Below, one piece after another: positions 12,690 through 26,897 of a stretch of DNA of 64,000 nt. The position numbers and the translations under genes are program-made. The stretch's first letter is position 1; every line of letters starts with the position of its first letter. The notes beneath the pieces are model-generated. The model had not been told where the DNA came from. It saw only the letters and a program-made list of their open reading frames with translations, and did not search any database. The stretch comes from Isurus oxyrinchus (Eukaryota), in assembly GCA_026770705.1 (NCBI GenBank), contig JANJGN010000034.1, positions 6,820,001-6,884,000 on the forward strand. Direction: 5' to 3'.

Positions 12690-14530
12690 CCTACCTATTG
12701 ATTAAGACCTCAGCTGTAGTAATGCGCAGTTCTTGTCGCTGCAATTTCGGAAGGATGTAAAGGTTTTGTTGACAATGCCAGGGACATTACAGGAAGCTTT
12801 CCAGGAACGAGATACTTCAGTAATTAAGATAGATTGGATAGGTTTGAGCTCTTTTTGTAGGATAAAAGAATGTTGTACGGAGTTTTGAAAGGAGGTTTCA
12901 AAATCATGATGGTCATGAACAGAATAGCTAGGTAGAAACTATTACCTGTGCCCACTGGCAGAAGGATTGGTAATCAGAAGGTACACAGTTAAGTTAATTG
13001 GTTAAAAAAAAAAACAAAAGCGATATAAGGGAGACATAATAAACGCTTTCTTGTAGAAATCAGGAGAATTCCATCAGGTGAAGTGTTCATTCCAAGGACG
13101 TGTGCAGGCGCTATGGACCAAATAACCTCATGTTGCGCTGTAACATGTTGGTGATTCTGTGGTTCTGTGAATGTGGCATGGAAAATGAGGAAAATGGAAA
13201 TCATATCGTAGGTTTTGGAGGGATCATATTGTTTTTTGATCGCCTATCGACATAAATTATGATAGAAAAGTCGAGACATGCAAGGGGAGCTTCAGAGATA
13301 AACCATGTGAATTTGAAAGAGGTGAAGGTAAAAGCAAAACAATGACATTTTTCACTTCAACTCGAGGAGCGGAGAGAGCAATGATCATATCATCAATACG
13401 ACAGATAGGAAACAAACAGGGTGAGTGTGAGAGTGTGAATAGCGGTAACAAAAAAAAAAACATGTTTCACATTTCATGTTAAAATGAGAAGCATTGCTAT
13501 GATTCATGGAGATAACCAGAGCAACAGTGTATACCTCGAGAAGGTTAGGATAATTAAAACTGCAGGCATTAAATGCAAGGATAGTTTGCACGACGTGAAT
13601 GAAGATTGCTCTGAATGGGGATTGGTTTGGCCTGCACTCAACAAAGCAATGCAGAGCTCTGAAGTCATCTGTATGATAGGATGTAAATATTGGTTGTGAC
13701 TAATGAAAAGGAGACGGTGATGGTTAGGAAACATGACACTGCAAATTGTTGATTGAAATGAGGAGATATGGATAAAAGCAGAAATTCATTTTGGAAGGAC
13801 GGGAAAAATCACCTGTGATCGGAAAGTGAATGCTCAGTGCAGCAGGAACTGACAGTTAGTGTGGTTTTAATGGGTGACACAGTTGAAACCATCCTTTTGT
13901 CGATACACAGCAAGAATAGCATATACTTGACATTCACAGCAAAATGGAACAATGCAAAATTATCATAAGACTGTAATAAAAAGGAGTAGAACCGTCCATT
14001 TGTCCACTCGAGCTATTCTTGTCCACCCAGTAATATGGTGGCCGATCTAGTGCTAACTTTCCTGCTAGTTCCCCTTAACTTCCATCAATCAAGCATTGGA
14101 CCTACTCAGCTTTGAGTATTTTCAATGACCCTTGGGAAAGAGAATTACAAATGCGAACAACCCTCTAAAAGAAGGCAATCCTGATCATCTCCAAATTACA
14201 TAGGACGCCCTTTATTTAGAAACGGTGCCCCCGAGAAATAGAATCTCCCATGATAAAAAAAAATTCTCTCGGCATCCCACTAAAAGACCCCTCAGAATCG
14301 TATAGTGTTCTATAAGAGCATATCTCATTGCTCAAAGCTCCATTGAGTATGAATCTATCCAGCTCAATTTTACCTCATATATCAACTTGTCCAACCAAAA
14401 AATCATCCTAATGTGTCTTCGCTGAAAAGTGTTCAATGCAAGTAGTGTGCCTCCTTAAACATGTTGACTAAAACAGTATATAGTACTCTACATGTGGTCC
14501 CATCTATTCCCTGCACAGTTGTTGCATGCC
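12690..14530. mobile_element. Mixed CR1 fragments (+ 12690-13050; - 13960-14530) and other decayed repeats
   Basis: CR1 C-terminal-like RPxLEYCxQFWSP relic at ~12705; CR1 3' end on the reverse strand from ~13960. Confidence 0.45.
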
Positions 14531-14617
14531 CAGGGCTACATTATGCGGACATGAGTGGCTGAAATTCCTGTTTCTGTGCTGTATGATTCTATGACTCTAT
14601 TAACATTTTTTTTCCAG

Positions 14618-14653
14618 AACTGGAAGTTGCAAAAGCAAGTTTAAAAGAAACGA
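14618..14653 (+). CDS. 36-nt phase-1 micro-exon B (ELEVAKASLKET)
   Basis: ttaac + T8 ccag acceptor; exon AACTGGAAGTTGCAAAAGCAAGTTTAAAAGAAACGA; donor gtgagg; in frame with A and C; same class as 20804 and 29261. Confidence 0.7.
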
Positions 14654-14681
14654 GTGAGGGAAAAATGTATAGATTTAAATG

Positions 14682-14812
14682 CTGTGTTTGCGCATTTGTG
14701 TATATGTACGCACGTGTGCGTGCCTTTGGGTCGGTCCGTATATTGGTGTGTGTTTGCCTTTACGCTTGAGAGTGTGTATGGGAGAGTGGAGAAAGGGAGA
14801 GAGAGAGAGAGG
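14682..14812. repeat. Degenerate (TG)n followed by (GA)n microsatellite
   Basis: Directly visible dinucleotide runs. Confidence 0.7.
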
Positions 14813-15159
14813 GCACAGAGAGTCCTATTCCGCTTATTTGCTCATATCCTCGAAATAATTTTACAGTATAAAAGGCTGGCCAAAGGACTCACAACATTTG
14901 CAAGCATTTGCAAAATCACATAATCCGTTACGGGGCCACAAGGAGCAATTGAACCGTCTCTTTGTAGGAGCTGGCGAATTAGGACAACGGCCATTCCATT
15001 TTTAAAGTGTTGTTGAATCATCCTCCTTTGGCCTCACAGAAAGTTCATCCAGCAAACCTCATTCCCGCTTATATATTTATCCCACATGATGCAAATTAAT
15101 TTTCCATGCTGGGAGACGTTAGCTTCCTGATAATTTCATTACACGAAGAATCAAGAGAC

Positions 15160-15497
15160 CAAGGTTAATGCTCCAGAGAAGCATTTCATCTTCCATCATG
15201 GTAGAATTTAAATTCAATTCGAATCTCATCAATGGTGATCATGAATCGAGCAGCGATTGTTATGAACATATATTATTCACCAGTGCCCTCTAGGAGAGGA
15301 GACCTACCCTCCTTCTCTGGTGTGGGCTGCATGTGACCATGGGCGCACAGTCATGTGGTCGGCAATTAATTACTCACTGAATCGCCTAACATAAAAATCA
15401 GCTGCAATGAAGATACGAATAGCTAAGAAATACGGGCCTTTCAAAAGGCACCTATTTAATTAATAACAATAAATAATGATAATAATAATAATAATAT
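15160..15497 (+). mobile_element. tRNA-derived SINE fragment ending in an (AAT)n tail
   Basis: Similar to copies at 30045-30450 and 38415-38790; (AAT)n run at ~15460-15497. Confidence 0.55.
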
Positions 15498-16930
15498 AGA
15501 AGCTACTTTTCATTTGCCGATTATGCTACAAATATGCATTTTAAGAATAATTTAGTCAGTGTACCCCGCTTTATGTCATTTACCCTACCAAAATTTTTTA
15601 TCAGCTCTCAGCTGCTCATGGAAGCTCGATTACCACTGTCAGAAAAGCTGATTAAGTCAAATCCCTGTGAGCCGGATAGTGATTTTCTAAGTTATGCGCA
15701 GCATTTTCAATTATTGCTTATTATCTCTCTAGGTAAACGTAACAGCATAACAAATCGACTTTACTCCCACTGCCCCAGAATCTGACTTCAGTGAACTCAA
15801 GCCTTTGCAAAATTACCCTCGCCAAAGTTGCTTCACCGCTCTTTAAGTTGCCTCAGAAAATGTTCAGGGGAAAAAAGGAACTGAACACAAAACCTTCAAA
15901 AGTAGTCAAATTAAAATAATAGTTTATTTACCAAAGAAATCACGTTTATGGTAATTAAATGCTTATTAAAAATTATGTCAATGAGGAGCGGCCATTGGGC
16001 CAATATTCCACTTGTGGGGCTTCAGAAAGCGCAACGTAATTAGTTCCACGCCGCGAAAAGATTCCTGCAGCCTTCCTTTGATTTTCATGATCCAAGTTTC
16101 ATTTTTTGAAAAAAAAGAAAAGAAATTGATAGATTATCGCTTGTCATCAAAATGTCAGGCAGTGTGTCATAGCAACTTTATATAACAGAAATGTGTCTGC
16201 ATCTGCCCTGGCTATATTTTGCCAGTCAAATTAAATCAGAAGTGTTTTACGACAGATAAAACTGTTAGTGTAAGCCATCCTTTTTCCCTATTTTCACAAT
16301 CAAAGTTAATTCAGACATTTAACATCTCTCAAAATTTAATTTCCTCTTAATATCTGCTGCATTCAGTAGAAAACTTACAAACTCTCTGCTCACACCACAT
16401 AATTAAAATGTTCATCCGTGTACCATTCTCATCAAAATCACCATCAAAAACCTCGCCAAAGCTTTTATATTTTGTTATAGTGTTGTGCCAATAATTGTAC
16501 ACAGCACTGTGGACGAGGTTCTTTTAAAAAATCTGCAGCAGAATTTCCATAATTCTGCAACTTGTGCCTTTATTTATAATCCTAGAAATTTGTACGCCTT
16601 AATTACCAATTATTTCTTTTCCTGATCCCGCAGAGTGATGGAAACTTGTACTTCGAAAACAGTGTTACACTATATTGTTCCAAAGTCATACCAATTTGGT
16701 TCCTTATTAATTGCTTTTTGAGAAAGTACCTGAAGCTGGATGAAACTCGGGGCGAATATTGTTAAGCAGTATATTTTGGGGTTGTAAGCAATTTCCACAT
16801 CCCATAAATAATGTAAATTTCAAACGACTCCCGGACATAAATTTCAAATCATTTGCTTGAGATGCATTTTGGATTCTTAGCAAAAACGTAACTGCTAATT
16901 ACTATTACTAATTATGAATTTTCGTTTCAG

Positions 16931-16957
16931 GCGATCAGCTGGATGTATGCCAGAAAG
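16931..16957 (+). CDS. 27-nt phase-1 micro-exon C (SDQLDVCQK)
   Basis: ctaat…ttttcgtttcag acceptor; exon GCGATCAGCTGGATGTATGCCAGAAAG; donor gtatgc; Leu and Cys positions conserved with exon A. Confidence 0.72.
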
Positions 16958-18089
16958 GTATGCTTTCTGATTTCTGGACGATTTTTTCCTGATTTTCTGC
17001 ATTACATTTTGCAGGAGAGAACATTGAACCTCCAGTATTGAAAGAGTTTATATGCATCAAAGAATGTTCCTCTCACTTAAACCTGATAGAATAAAAGTCA
17101 ATGTCAGTATGTTCAATTAATTGCACCTGTCAAATTCGACTCAAACACCCCTAGAGCTAATAAGTTCAAAATTGCAAGTGGTGATTGGTACAAAAGATCC
17201 GCATCAATTTCTGCCCCATCTGTAACTGATTGTGTTTTATTTCTGGTTCACTGTTTTGAACTCTCCAATTTAGCCTCTTGTTATCACTACTCGCAGTACA
17301 ATCTCATCTATAATGGAGACTGCAAAATCAGAACGGATGACTAGTTTGCAGAATACCACCACTAAGCACAGAAGAAAGATAAATAACTCATGATTTAATG
17401 CCATTGTAATATACTACCTTGTTCTCAGACTTGTATTTCGGGCCTCGGCATGCTGTTCCGGTGAAGTTCAACACAGGCTGGAGGAAGAGATCTCCATCTT
17501 CCCATTAGGTATTCAGCAGATTACTGGGCGATAAATTAAGTTCTACATCTTCAAGTCATAAACTATACACTGTACGTTGACTACTATTTTCAGACGACAG
17601 TTGGGATCTTATTCTCATGGTGTCGCTTTCAAACAGAGTTGTTCGCTAATCTGCAATTAACACTGCTCTCTGGATCAATGCTTTGTTTCCTTACAAAATC
17701 TATTTCCAGTGCATCTTTTGTTTGTTCCATGGCACCTTTGACATTTAAACTCTTCCGCCCCCTAACCTGCCTAAGATGATGTTCTATGCCATCATTTTGC
17801 TTTCAGCAGCATTGAAACGTCCACATTTCTGTCTTCCTTCAGGTCCAAAAGACAGTTCTATTCTAGTTCAATTGTCATCTCTCCTCCTTTCTCCACAATG
17901 CTGGCGTTATTTTCCTTTTCTTTAAATTCAGTTTTCCAGAATCCACTGCACTATACTTGTGCTTGCGAATTTCTCTGGCTGCATCGTTAACACTAATGGC
18001 TTGTGTACAATCAGAAAGTTAAGAAGGAATGGAACTGGATGCATCACCCATTATTGAAAAAGTCACCGGATACGATAATGGCAAACTCA

Positions 18090-20200
18090 ATCGAGTCAAC
18101 ACTTCAAGATCCTCCTTTCTAACATCTGAGGCCGAAAGCAAATCTTGAGAGACCTTTCTCGCAGACTGGTTAAGCAACGGCCTGACATAGTTGCACTCGC
18201 AGCATCGTACACAGGAGACAATCTCCCAGGCACCAACATCACCATCCGTGGGCATGCCCTGTGCCACCGTCCGGACGGACTGAGCAGAGGTGAGCACCGT
18301 AATATACAGTTTTTAGGCAATTGCCTAGGGGGCCCTCAACACCCACTCCAGACCACCTGAATTTGCACACTGTCAGGTTAAATATTGGCAAGGAAATCGC
18401 CCGCTGATAACCACGTTATGCCCTCCCTTTCATACTAAACCATCACTTTTCCATCTTGAACATGACATGGAGGAAACAACGAGGCTGGCAGTGACACGGA
18501 ATGAGCTCTGGATTGTTGACTTCAATGCCTATCAGCAATAGAGACTCGGTAACACTGCTGCAGACTGAGCAGGTGGAGTCCCAAAGAATATATCTGCAAG
18601 AGTTGTCTGTGGCAGGTGGTGAGGGAACCAAGAAAGGGGAAAAAGTCCAATTTGACAAGATATTCAGCAGCCTGCCAGCCGCAGATACAACTGTCCATGA
18701 AAATGTCGGTAGGAGTGACCATCACGCAGTTATTGGGGAGAGGAAGCCCCATCTTCACATTGGGGATATGGTGCATCGCGTCGTGTGGCACCAGCACCGA
18801 TGTTAAATGGGATTTATTTATAACTTACCTATCAACTAAAAACCGGGAGAACAGGAGGCTCATGGGACGTCAGCAGTAGCAGATTTGTGTTGAGCCACCA
18901 TTTGTAAACTCATGGCCCGACATATGTAGAACTCCCCCATTAATGCCATGGCAGATGATCAACCCTGTTTAAATGAAGACTGAAAGAGGGTCTGTCTGGA
19001 GATGCATCAGGCATACTTAAAAAGGAGGCATCCAATTGCTCAAACTACAACAGAAGGCTACTTTCCTCCCAAACAGCATACAAATCAATACGTCGACATT
19101 ATTAAGCAATTCAATGACATACAGATCAAATTTACCCTCTACAGTACGGCCAGATCAATTCGTCAATGCTGGTGGACAATTGAGGAACTTACAGGAGGGA
19201 GAGTCTCCATGAGTCACTCAGCTCCCGACCTCATCACAGCTTCTCTTTCAAAATAGGCAAAAGAGATGAACTCAATGATGTGAGAGTGACTGCTCTTGAT
19301 GTCGTCAGTGCTTGGCCGAGTGCAACATCAAGAATCCCTAACAAAATTGGACCAATGAGAATCGGTGGTCGGGGGTGGGGGGGGAGGTGGGGGACCTCCA
19401 CTCTTTGTAGCAATACCTGTCAGAAAAGGAAGATGGCTGTAGTTGCTGGAAATTAATAACTTCAACAGCAGGACATCACGAAAAGTGATCCTCGGGTTAG
19501 TACCCCAGGACCAACCATTTTCCGTTGCTTCATCAATGCTCTTCCTTCCATCATAAGGTTAGAAATGGCGACCTTCGCTTACAATTGCACGCATATCAGC
19601 AGTGTTTGGATCTCCTCAAAGATTGACGTTGTCCAGGTTGAAATGCAGCACGAAATGGAAATTATCAATGCTTGGAGTAACCAGTGGAAAGTAATGTTCT
19701 TGCCACGCATGTGCCGGGCAATGACCATCTCCAGCAAGACAGAATCTAACCATCTCCGCTTGAATTTCATAGGCATTGCTATTGGTATGTCCACCACAAT
19801 CAACATCCTGGGGCTACCATAGGCCAATAACTGAATGGGACTAGCCATATCAATACTCCAAGATCAGGTCAGTGTGTAGAAACCCTGAGGTGGGTAATTC
19901 ACCTCTTGTCTCCCAAAGTCTGTCCAACATCTACAAGATACAATTAGGTGCCTGATGGAATAGTCTCCATTTGCCTCGATAAGTGTAGCTCCAACTGTGC
20001 TAAAAGAAGCTGGAGGCCATCCAGGGCAAAGCTGCCTGCTTGATTGCCACCTCATCCAGCAGCATATACTCCCTCCACCACCGACGCTCAGTTGCAGCAG
20101 CGAATACCAATGCAAGACGCACTGCAAGAACCCCCAAGCCTCCTTGAACAGCATCTTGCAAACCCACGAACATTACCATCTAGAAGAGCAAGGGCCGCAG
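18090..20200 (+). mobile_element. Decayed non-LTR retrotransposon (APE endonuclease + RT; AFDRVWH-type, CR1/Jockey group)
   Basis: KQRPDIVALAASY…ITIRGHALCHRPD (APE N-terminus), VGRSDHHAV (APE SDH), VTALD… at ~19286 and GxVPxGPTIFxCFIN RT relic at ~19495. Confidence 0.75.
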
Positions 20201-20803
20201 AGGATGGTTCTGTTGCAAATGCGAAATTGTTTGGCACTATTTTGGAACAGAATAAGCCATTAAATCCCAAAAATGTTCAGCTTTTTCCACGAGGTCATGA
20301 ATGGTCTGTGTCCTTAACAATAGTTAAGAATATGTGACCATGCATGTTATCTTTAGATAACAAAACCTTTCATTTTAAATGTTTTTCAAGTTAATTTAAA
20401 ACAAACCAGACAATTGCTTATGCAAGACGTTTCACCATTGTGCTGATGATAAAATTAGAATGATATGATTGTGTTGATGAAAGAATAGGCAATGAAAATT
20501 ACTGTGGCTTTCCAAAATATCAGTGAAAAGAGCGATATCGATAAATTGTGATGGGAATTGTTATGGCGATGTTAGGCATGTTAATGAATAGAATGATGAG
20601 CATTTTCGTTATCCGTATCTTCATAATTCTATTCACAATAACAAAACTTTGCTTTATTTAATTGACAAAGAAAATGTTCTAATACAGAAAATCATTTAAC
20701 ATTCAGCCTCAGATGTAATTGCAAACCTGGGTGCGGGAAATGAGCTGTTCCTGTGATCAGAATATCTGGGTTGTATTAATGGTTTCGTTCTGTCTCATTT
20801 CAG

Positions 20804-20839
20804 AGCTGGATAATGCCAAGAAAGCTTCAGATGGCTCAG
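20804..20839 (+). CDS. 36-nt phase-1 micro-exon D (ELDNAKKASDGS)
   Basis: tgtctcatttcag acceptor; exon AGCTGGATAATGCCAAGAAAGCTTCAGATGGCTCAG; donor gttatc (weak); near-identical peptide to exon F. Confidence 0.72.
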
Positions 20840-21379
20840 GTTATCATGCATTAAATGTTAATGGAAAGGAAAATAGCCTTGTCCAATGTTGCTCAATCTG
20901 AATTATAACTGGGTTAACATTCATAAGTTTTTGTTGATGCCGATGCAAATTACTTTTGGGCTGGGCATATAAATTATCCCCTTTACTCTCTTGCCCAAAG
21001 ATAAACCTTGTCACATTTATCCATAATGTATGGAGTACACCATTGGCTAATGTTGGATGATTTAAATGTGCGTAGAATTTTGGATAGAAGAATAAGACTG
21101 AGTATTAGGATTATCTTAAGCCTAGTAAATACTTGATAATTTTTTTTAACAGGCTAAAATATGTAAAAACATATTGCAAGAAAATCTTTAGTGTATTGAA
21201 AGAAAAATAATAGGTCAAGTAAACGTTGGTCCTTTGAGGCAGAGACAGACAAAGGGATATGGACAAAGCGAAATGGCAACTGTGTCTGGACAGTATGTTA
21301 TGTGTGTCTCCATTGTAAAATATATAAGCCCCATGCCAGAAGCTAAAGTTTTACTGCTGGCAATATGCAATTTAGTCAT

Positions 21380-22930
21380 GGAATAACGAAAATTAATGTC
21401 AACAGTGATAAATGTATTTGAGAAGCTTAAGGGTCCAAAAATCAACTCACCCCTTGTCCTAATGGCTTGCAGTTCATAAGGAGATCGCTGCAGAGTTATT
21501 CTACCTGTTGATCTGATTTTCTAAATTTCCATAGACGATAGAACTCATTGACCAGATTGAAATAGGAAATGTTATACTGCTGTTCAAGAATGGATGGAGG
21601 GAATAAACACATAATTAACATCCAGTGAGCCTCAACACAGTTCTTGGTAAAAGGTTGCTATTGATCATGAAGTAAGCCTGAAAAATGCAGGTCGAAAGTT
21701 ACAGCATGAGTAGAACAGGCTGGCAGGGTTTACAAAATGGTCACATTTGACAAATTTATGGGTTTTTTTAAACATCACCAACTTGATGGAATAAAAGGGA
21801 CGTGATGTGATATATCTGGATATCTGAAAGGCAGTCGATGCCGTGCCAAACAGAAGGTTAGTATGCAAGACAAGGGCCCAGTGTGTGGGAGGCTAGCATT
21901 TAACCATTGAAGGGTGATTGGTTAATGGTCACGAGCAACAGGGTGAGCATAAATGGGGTTTGTTTATTTGCCAAACTGCAAACATTAGAATGCCATTTGG
22001 GTGAAGGTTTTGGTGTTAAACATTAACAATCAATATTAATAACACATATGGAGCGAGAGAGTGCAATATTTCTGAGATATTTTATGTGATCAAGCTAGGT
22101 GGAATTCTGGGTTGTAGAGAAGTCACAGAGAGCTTGCGCAGAGATAAAGCTGCTAACTAATAGGAAACAAGATGGCAGATGGATTTGCTTGTGGAGAGTG
22201 TGAAGCTGTACACTTTTTTCAAAAGAATGAAACAGAGTAATACACGCAAACGAGTGAACCGTGTAAAAGCTGATATTCAGAGAGACGTGTGTGTGCTCGT
22301 AAAATGAATGCAGAACTATAACATGCAGTTACAGCTGCCAATTCGGAAATAATGTGGCGTGTTGGGCTTCATTGCACGGAGATTAGAGAACATTGGTGAT
22401 GGCTCGGACCTCGGACATGTTCTGGCAAGCCTCTGAGTTCCAGGGCAATTAGGTTTCGGCAACACATTCTGGCCTTGCCACAGATGACAACATCCCATTA
22501 AAGATTAAATAGTATGGAAGGACGGATCAAGTTAACTTGAAGCTGGTACAGAGAAACATAACTGGATTTTTCCCTGTGATGAGAAGTTGCCTTTTATGAG
22601 TTGCTGAGTAAATTCGGTATATATTCTCTAGAAAGAAAGGAGGGGATCACTTTGAAACATACGAAATCGGGAGGTGTTTGTTCGAGGGGGCGCAGTTGGG
22701 TTTGTTTTCCACTGTCCTGGGAGTCCGAAACACTGGGATGCATCCTCTAGATAAGGAAGAGATCTCTTAGGGCAGACACACTAAGATTGAGGCGAGTCTT
22801 TGGAATTTTCATCAAAGACGGCTTTGGCTGGACCCGTTTTGAAAATACCTAAGGCTGAGATTGACATAAGCTCACCCTTTCATTGAAACAAGTGGTATGG
22901 AGCGCCCAGGCAAAAGCAGTGTAAGCTCAA
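21380..22930 (+). mobile_element. CR1 LINE RT fragment (unit 1 copy) with nested SINE tail
   Basis: aggcagtcgatgccgtgccaaacagaaggttag ~ KAFDKVPHKRL relic; SINE tail at ~22440-22510. Confidence 0.7.
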
Positions 22931-23074
22931 AGGTCTGCATTTCCATTTGTGATTCTATTCTTTGTGCGTTCTTGTATACTTATGAATTAGCATCATAAGT
23001 TACAAATCTGAATAATTGCCTGCTGTAACTAAATGGCTACAAATCATGGACATTATAAAAGCGAATCACGATTT

Positions 23075-23705
23075 AGGCCTGGATGTTTCTGATGGCAGTG
23101 CTTCCCTTCCTGTCGAATGAAGAGTTGCTGTGAAACACATGCCTACCATTTCTGCTTAACTCGCAGCCGTTTAACGCTCAGCAAATGTTATTCACTTCGG
23201 TGGAGACTTCTTGTTTTCATTGTAGTGGAAATTCGGCCTAAGAGAGCTGCGGGTCAATCCCATAGGCGAGATGCTTTTTTTCAGTTCTAACCGTGCTAGA
23301 GGCTGCATTGGGCATAACTATGTCTACAAGCAGACACCCGAGATATGTCCCTGACGTCCAGGAATATGTAGGTTCTGGTGGTATCAAGGAGTGAGGCTTG
23401 AGGAGTGGTAGAAAAAAGTATTTCGATACCGGCAGAGACGGCGGGACTGAGGATCTCCCTCAGGGATCAAAATATTACAGATTGGCTCCTGGTGTTAAAC
23501 CAAGGATGCTTGATGAATGTGACCGCTCGCCAATACTCTGTTTCTGCAAATCAACTCACCACACACTCCCCCACAAGACCAACCACCAAAACCACACCCC
23601 TTCCCCCACCCCCCACATCTCCGCCCATCCCACTCCCACCTTATGTGATCAGAGCATGTCATTGTGTTTCTCTGAAAGAGCAGCAAATAGTCGGAAATTT
23701 TCACA
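23075..23705. mobile_element. Non-autonomous DNA-transposon-like repeat (copies ~31005-31780 and ~39380-40085)
   Basis: Present in all three units; ends resemble the gggc..aatttt / aaatt..gccc termini common in shark non-autonomous elements. Confidence 0.4.
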
Positions 23706-24329
23706 TGAGTAAAAGGACAAGGAAAATACAGACGTGTGCAAGAGTTAACATTTTTATAACGGGCGGCCACTTATCTAATATAGAATGAACAGCCATCTTA
23801 GAAGAAAGCTAAAGCCCAGGAACAAACGGGCAATCGGAGCATGGATAGAAATTGCCTCATTTAACGAAGCAGGGAGTTGTGGTGAAAATTTTACAGGCCA
23901 CCAGTTCAAGAATAAAATGCAGATGACACAAAGCTTCCAGGTGCTGAAAACTGGGAGCTGCACTACCATGCTCTTGAAGAGGGCGTGAGAATGGAGGAAT
24001 CGGCTGGGAACTGCAAGTGAAATTTAATGCAGAGTTGTGATTTATTTTCCATTTCTGCCAGAAAAGCGAATGGAAGAATTTGAAAATAACATCTACTTTT
24101 CGAAACGGGACGAATGAGCCGGGGGATCAGTGGGCATTTGTGGACACAATTAGAAAGTGAAAGGCCGTCTGTAAAAGTTCTTCAGAAAACAAACAGAATT
24201 CATAGTTTATAAATGTTGGAAGCTATTTGCCGCTTTAGATGTTGATTGGGAGCCCGTGTGGAATGTTGAAGTGGGTTTAAACTTTTCACAGGCATTCATT
24301 TTTAAGAGCAACTGTTGTGTGTGTACCGA

Positions 24330-25030
24330 TTCACCTGTCAACGTAATTACCCTCAATCTCACAAGCTCTGTTTGCTTTACATTCATATGCAGCAACACAA
24401 CTCAGGGAAACAGGGATTATGGACCAGCTTGGCTATGCCAAGGCGATCTTGAACCTTCTGCAAGCCCCTTCACTAAAACACGTGATCATAATTAGTGGCC
24501 ATATCAAATTACTGAAGGGAGGCTGAAAAATCGCATTATGTTTCAACACATCCTGGTTTCAAATCCATCTATAATCTCGTCCCCCCCACCCAACCCCCCG
24601 CCCCCACTCACCCCACACCCTCCAATCCCCCGCCCCCCCCCCCCCCCCCCAAACCGTCGCGGATTGCAGCAGGTGATTCTCCAACATGACAGCCTTACAA
24701 TATATTGGCTCTCCTCCAATTCTGACCACATTTGTATCATAATTCGCCGCTGCACAACAGCTGATGCATTACAGCCACCTGCTTAGTCTCTGGACATTTC
24801 TGATCCTTCCTTGAACATTTATCCCTCCAGAATTATCCCCTCTATATAAAAATACGTCGATAAAGTCTGTGCCTTCACAAATTATTTGGTCACATATCAC
24901 ATTATACCGTTCAGTGCCTCGGTGTCAATTTGTTCTGCTGGGATGCCTGTGGGCATGTTTGGCTGAGATTTGTATTCTGTTGCAACGAAGTTTTATCCAG
25001 AATGAGTCACATAAATGCCAGTTAATATTG
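24330..25030 (+). mobile_element. L2 LINE 3' end (copies ~32480-33080 and ~41330-41960)
   Basis: ctcctccaattctg…tggtcac…gcctcggtgtcaatttgtt matches the shark L2 3' terminus. Confidence 0.6.
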
Positions 25031-25049
25031 ATTTAATAAAAGTAAAACA

Positions 25050-26300
25050 CTGCATTTACTGTAAAAGAGAAAATGAGACACAGATTGAAACATAAAAACT
25101 CAGCCATCCGGCAGCATCTGGGTGTTTCGAATGAGGGTTAGGGTTTCGAATGGAACATGATTATTCGGAAGTGAAGATGACTTAAAATGCAATAGATTTG
25201 ATGTTGTTGTGATGAGATGGAGAAAGTAGAACAAATGAAAAACTGTGGGATATATTGGAGAGCAGCACAGATTAATCAAGAATAATGGCATTGGACAATA
25301 GACAAAGGGAGCCTTAACGTATCCAGTGAAAATAAACCAAAACAATAAGCCAGATTGAGTGTGAGCAGCTAAAAATAGAATGCTCCCCCAGTGTTTCAGA
25401 AATTTAACGATTTCATCAGGTTACTTCTGATTCAAAAGCGATGGTGAACATTCTGAAGGCTGATATGGCACGGCAAATTGGCACAATCATGTTTGGCAAT
25501 GATGCTTTGTGCACCTCAACAAATGATATAACTTGAAGTGATTCGGACAAGAATGGGCAGTTTAAAAATACTTTTGGCTTCTGGTTTCCACCACAATAAT
25601 TATCACTGCTCAATATATGATGGAAATGGGTTGAAGTTGCGAAAGCATTAAGCAACATGAAACTCCGAGGTGGACATTGCATCCATCATCTCAACCATAT
25701 GGTGGAAGATAGACGTTCCTCAAAAGCAACTAGCACATGATGAGTGGAAGTTAAGAGTGATATGTAGAACTACTGTTAGCAAGCGAAGTGGAGGAAGTGA
25801 TTTTGCGATAAATTTCAGAAGGTCTGGATTATGTGCATCCATAATCAACTTCAATGGCCAGCAAAAATAGACGTAAATAATTTCATTTCGATTTTTGAAA
25901 CATTGCTGTGTGCAAATTTTGTGCCCTGATTCCAACATGTCAATAGGGAGTGTACGTCGGAATCAATTCATTGACTGTTATTCGTTTTTGGACGATCTGT
26001 ATTTGAGAAAGAGGGTTTATAAACGGAAGTTGAATCATTCTGAAATATGTCTTTAGAACAATGGAGAACATTTTTTCTGCAGTCGTGGAGGGAGTCTGGT
26101 GAAAAATCGTGAAGTTCTGCCGATATAAAATTGTTGCATTTTCGGTCTTGCAGAACTCAAAGAATGCAAAGATTCTTTAAAACTCTTAGGTAAAAAATAC
26201 ATCATTTTTCTGTATAAACTTCTACATGGAAAATGCCAAAATGGAACTAGCAGAAAATAGTGACTCAGTGTTCGTGTCCAGCAAAAGAACAGCAACACAC
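25050..26300. mobile_element. Penelope-associated shark repeat plus unidentified decayed sequence (copies ~33100-34350 and ~41965-43110)
   Basis: actcagccatccggcagcatctg head motif, shared with 47770 and 56820. Confidence 0.5.
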
Positions 26301-26897
26301 AAAGTTGTATGAGCTGTAAGAAACATAAGAAGATACGAGAGGAACTACGCCAATCAGGCCATCGAATCTGCTGACCGATTCAAGTGAACATAACTGATCA
26401 ACTATCTTAGAAGTATTTTCCAGCTCTTTTCCCGCACCCATTGATTGCATTAGTGTTCTCAGATCTTTCAATCCCTGTCATGACCATCGTCTATAACGGA
26501 GATTGCACAGGCTCTGTGGTAGAGAATGCATAGGTTCCCTGACATTTGAGTGGGGAAAGTTATTCTCCTCTCAGTTCTAATTGGTTTCCACTTATTCTCA
26601 GACTATGTTCGGTAATTCTAGGTCAAAGCTTCTCTATGTGCTCCATTTAAAATGTTATAAGTTTTAATGAGATTACCTCTACTTCTTTGAAATTCAGGAT
26701 AATGCAGGCCCAGCCACCCCAATCCCTCCTCATATGAGATTTCCACAATTCGTGTTGCGTGGTGATGTGGGGGTGGGGGGGGGGGGGGGGGTGGTGGTGG
26801 GGGTGAGTTGTTGCTTCGGGGTTAAAGGCAGATTAATTTGTTCCTTCATGGTAGACTTTCATTCATTCATCAATTCTCTTTTCTTCCTTTTTTACAG

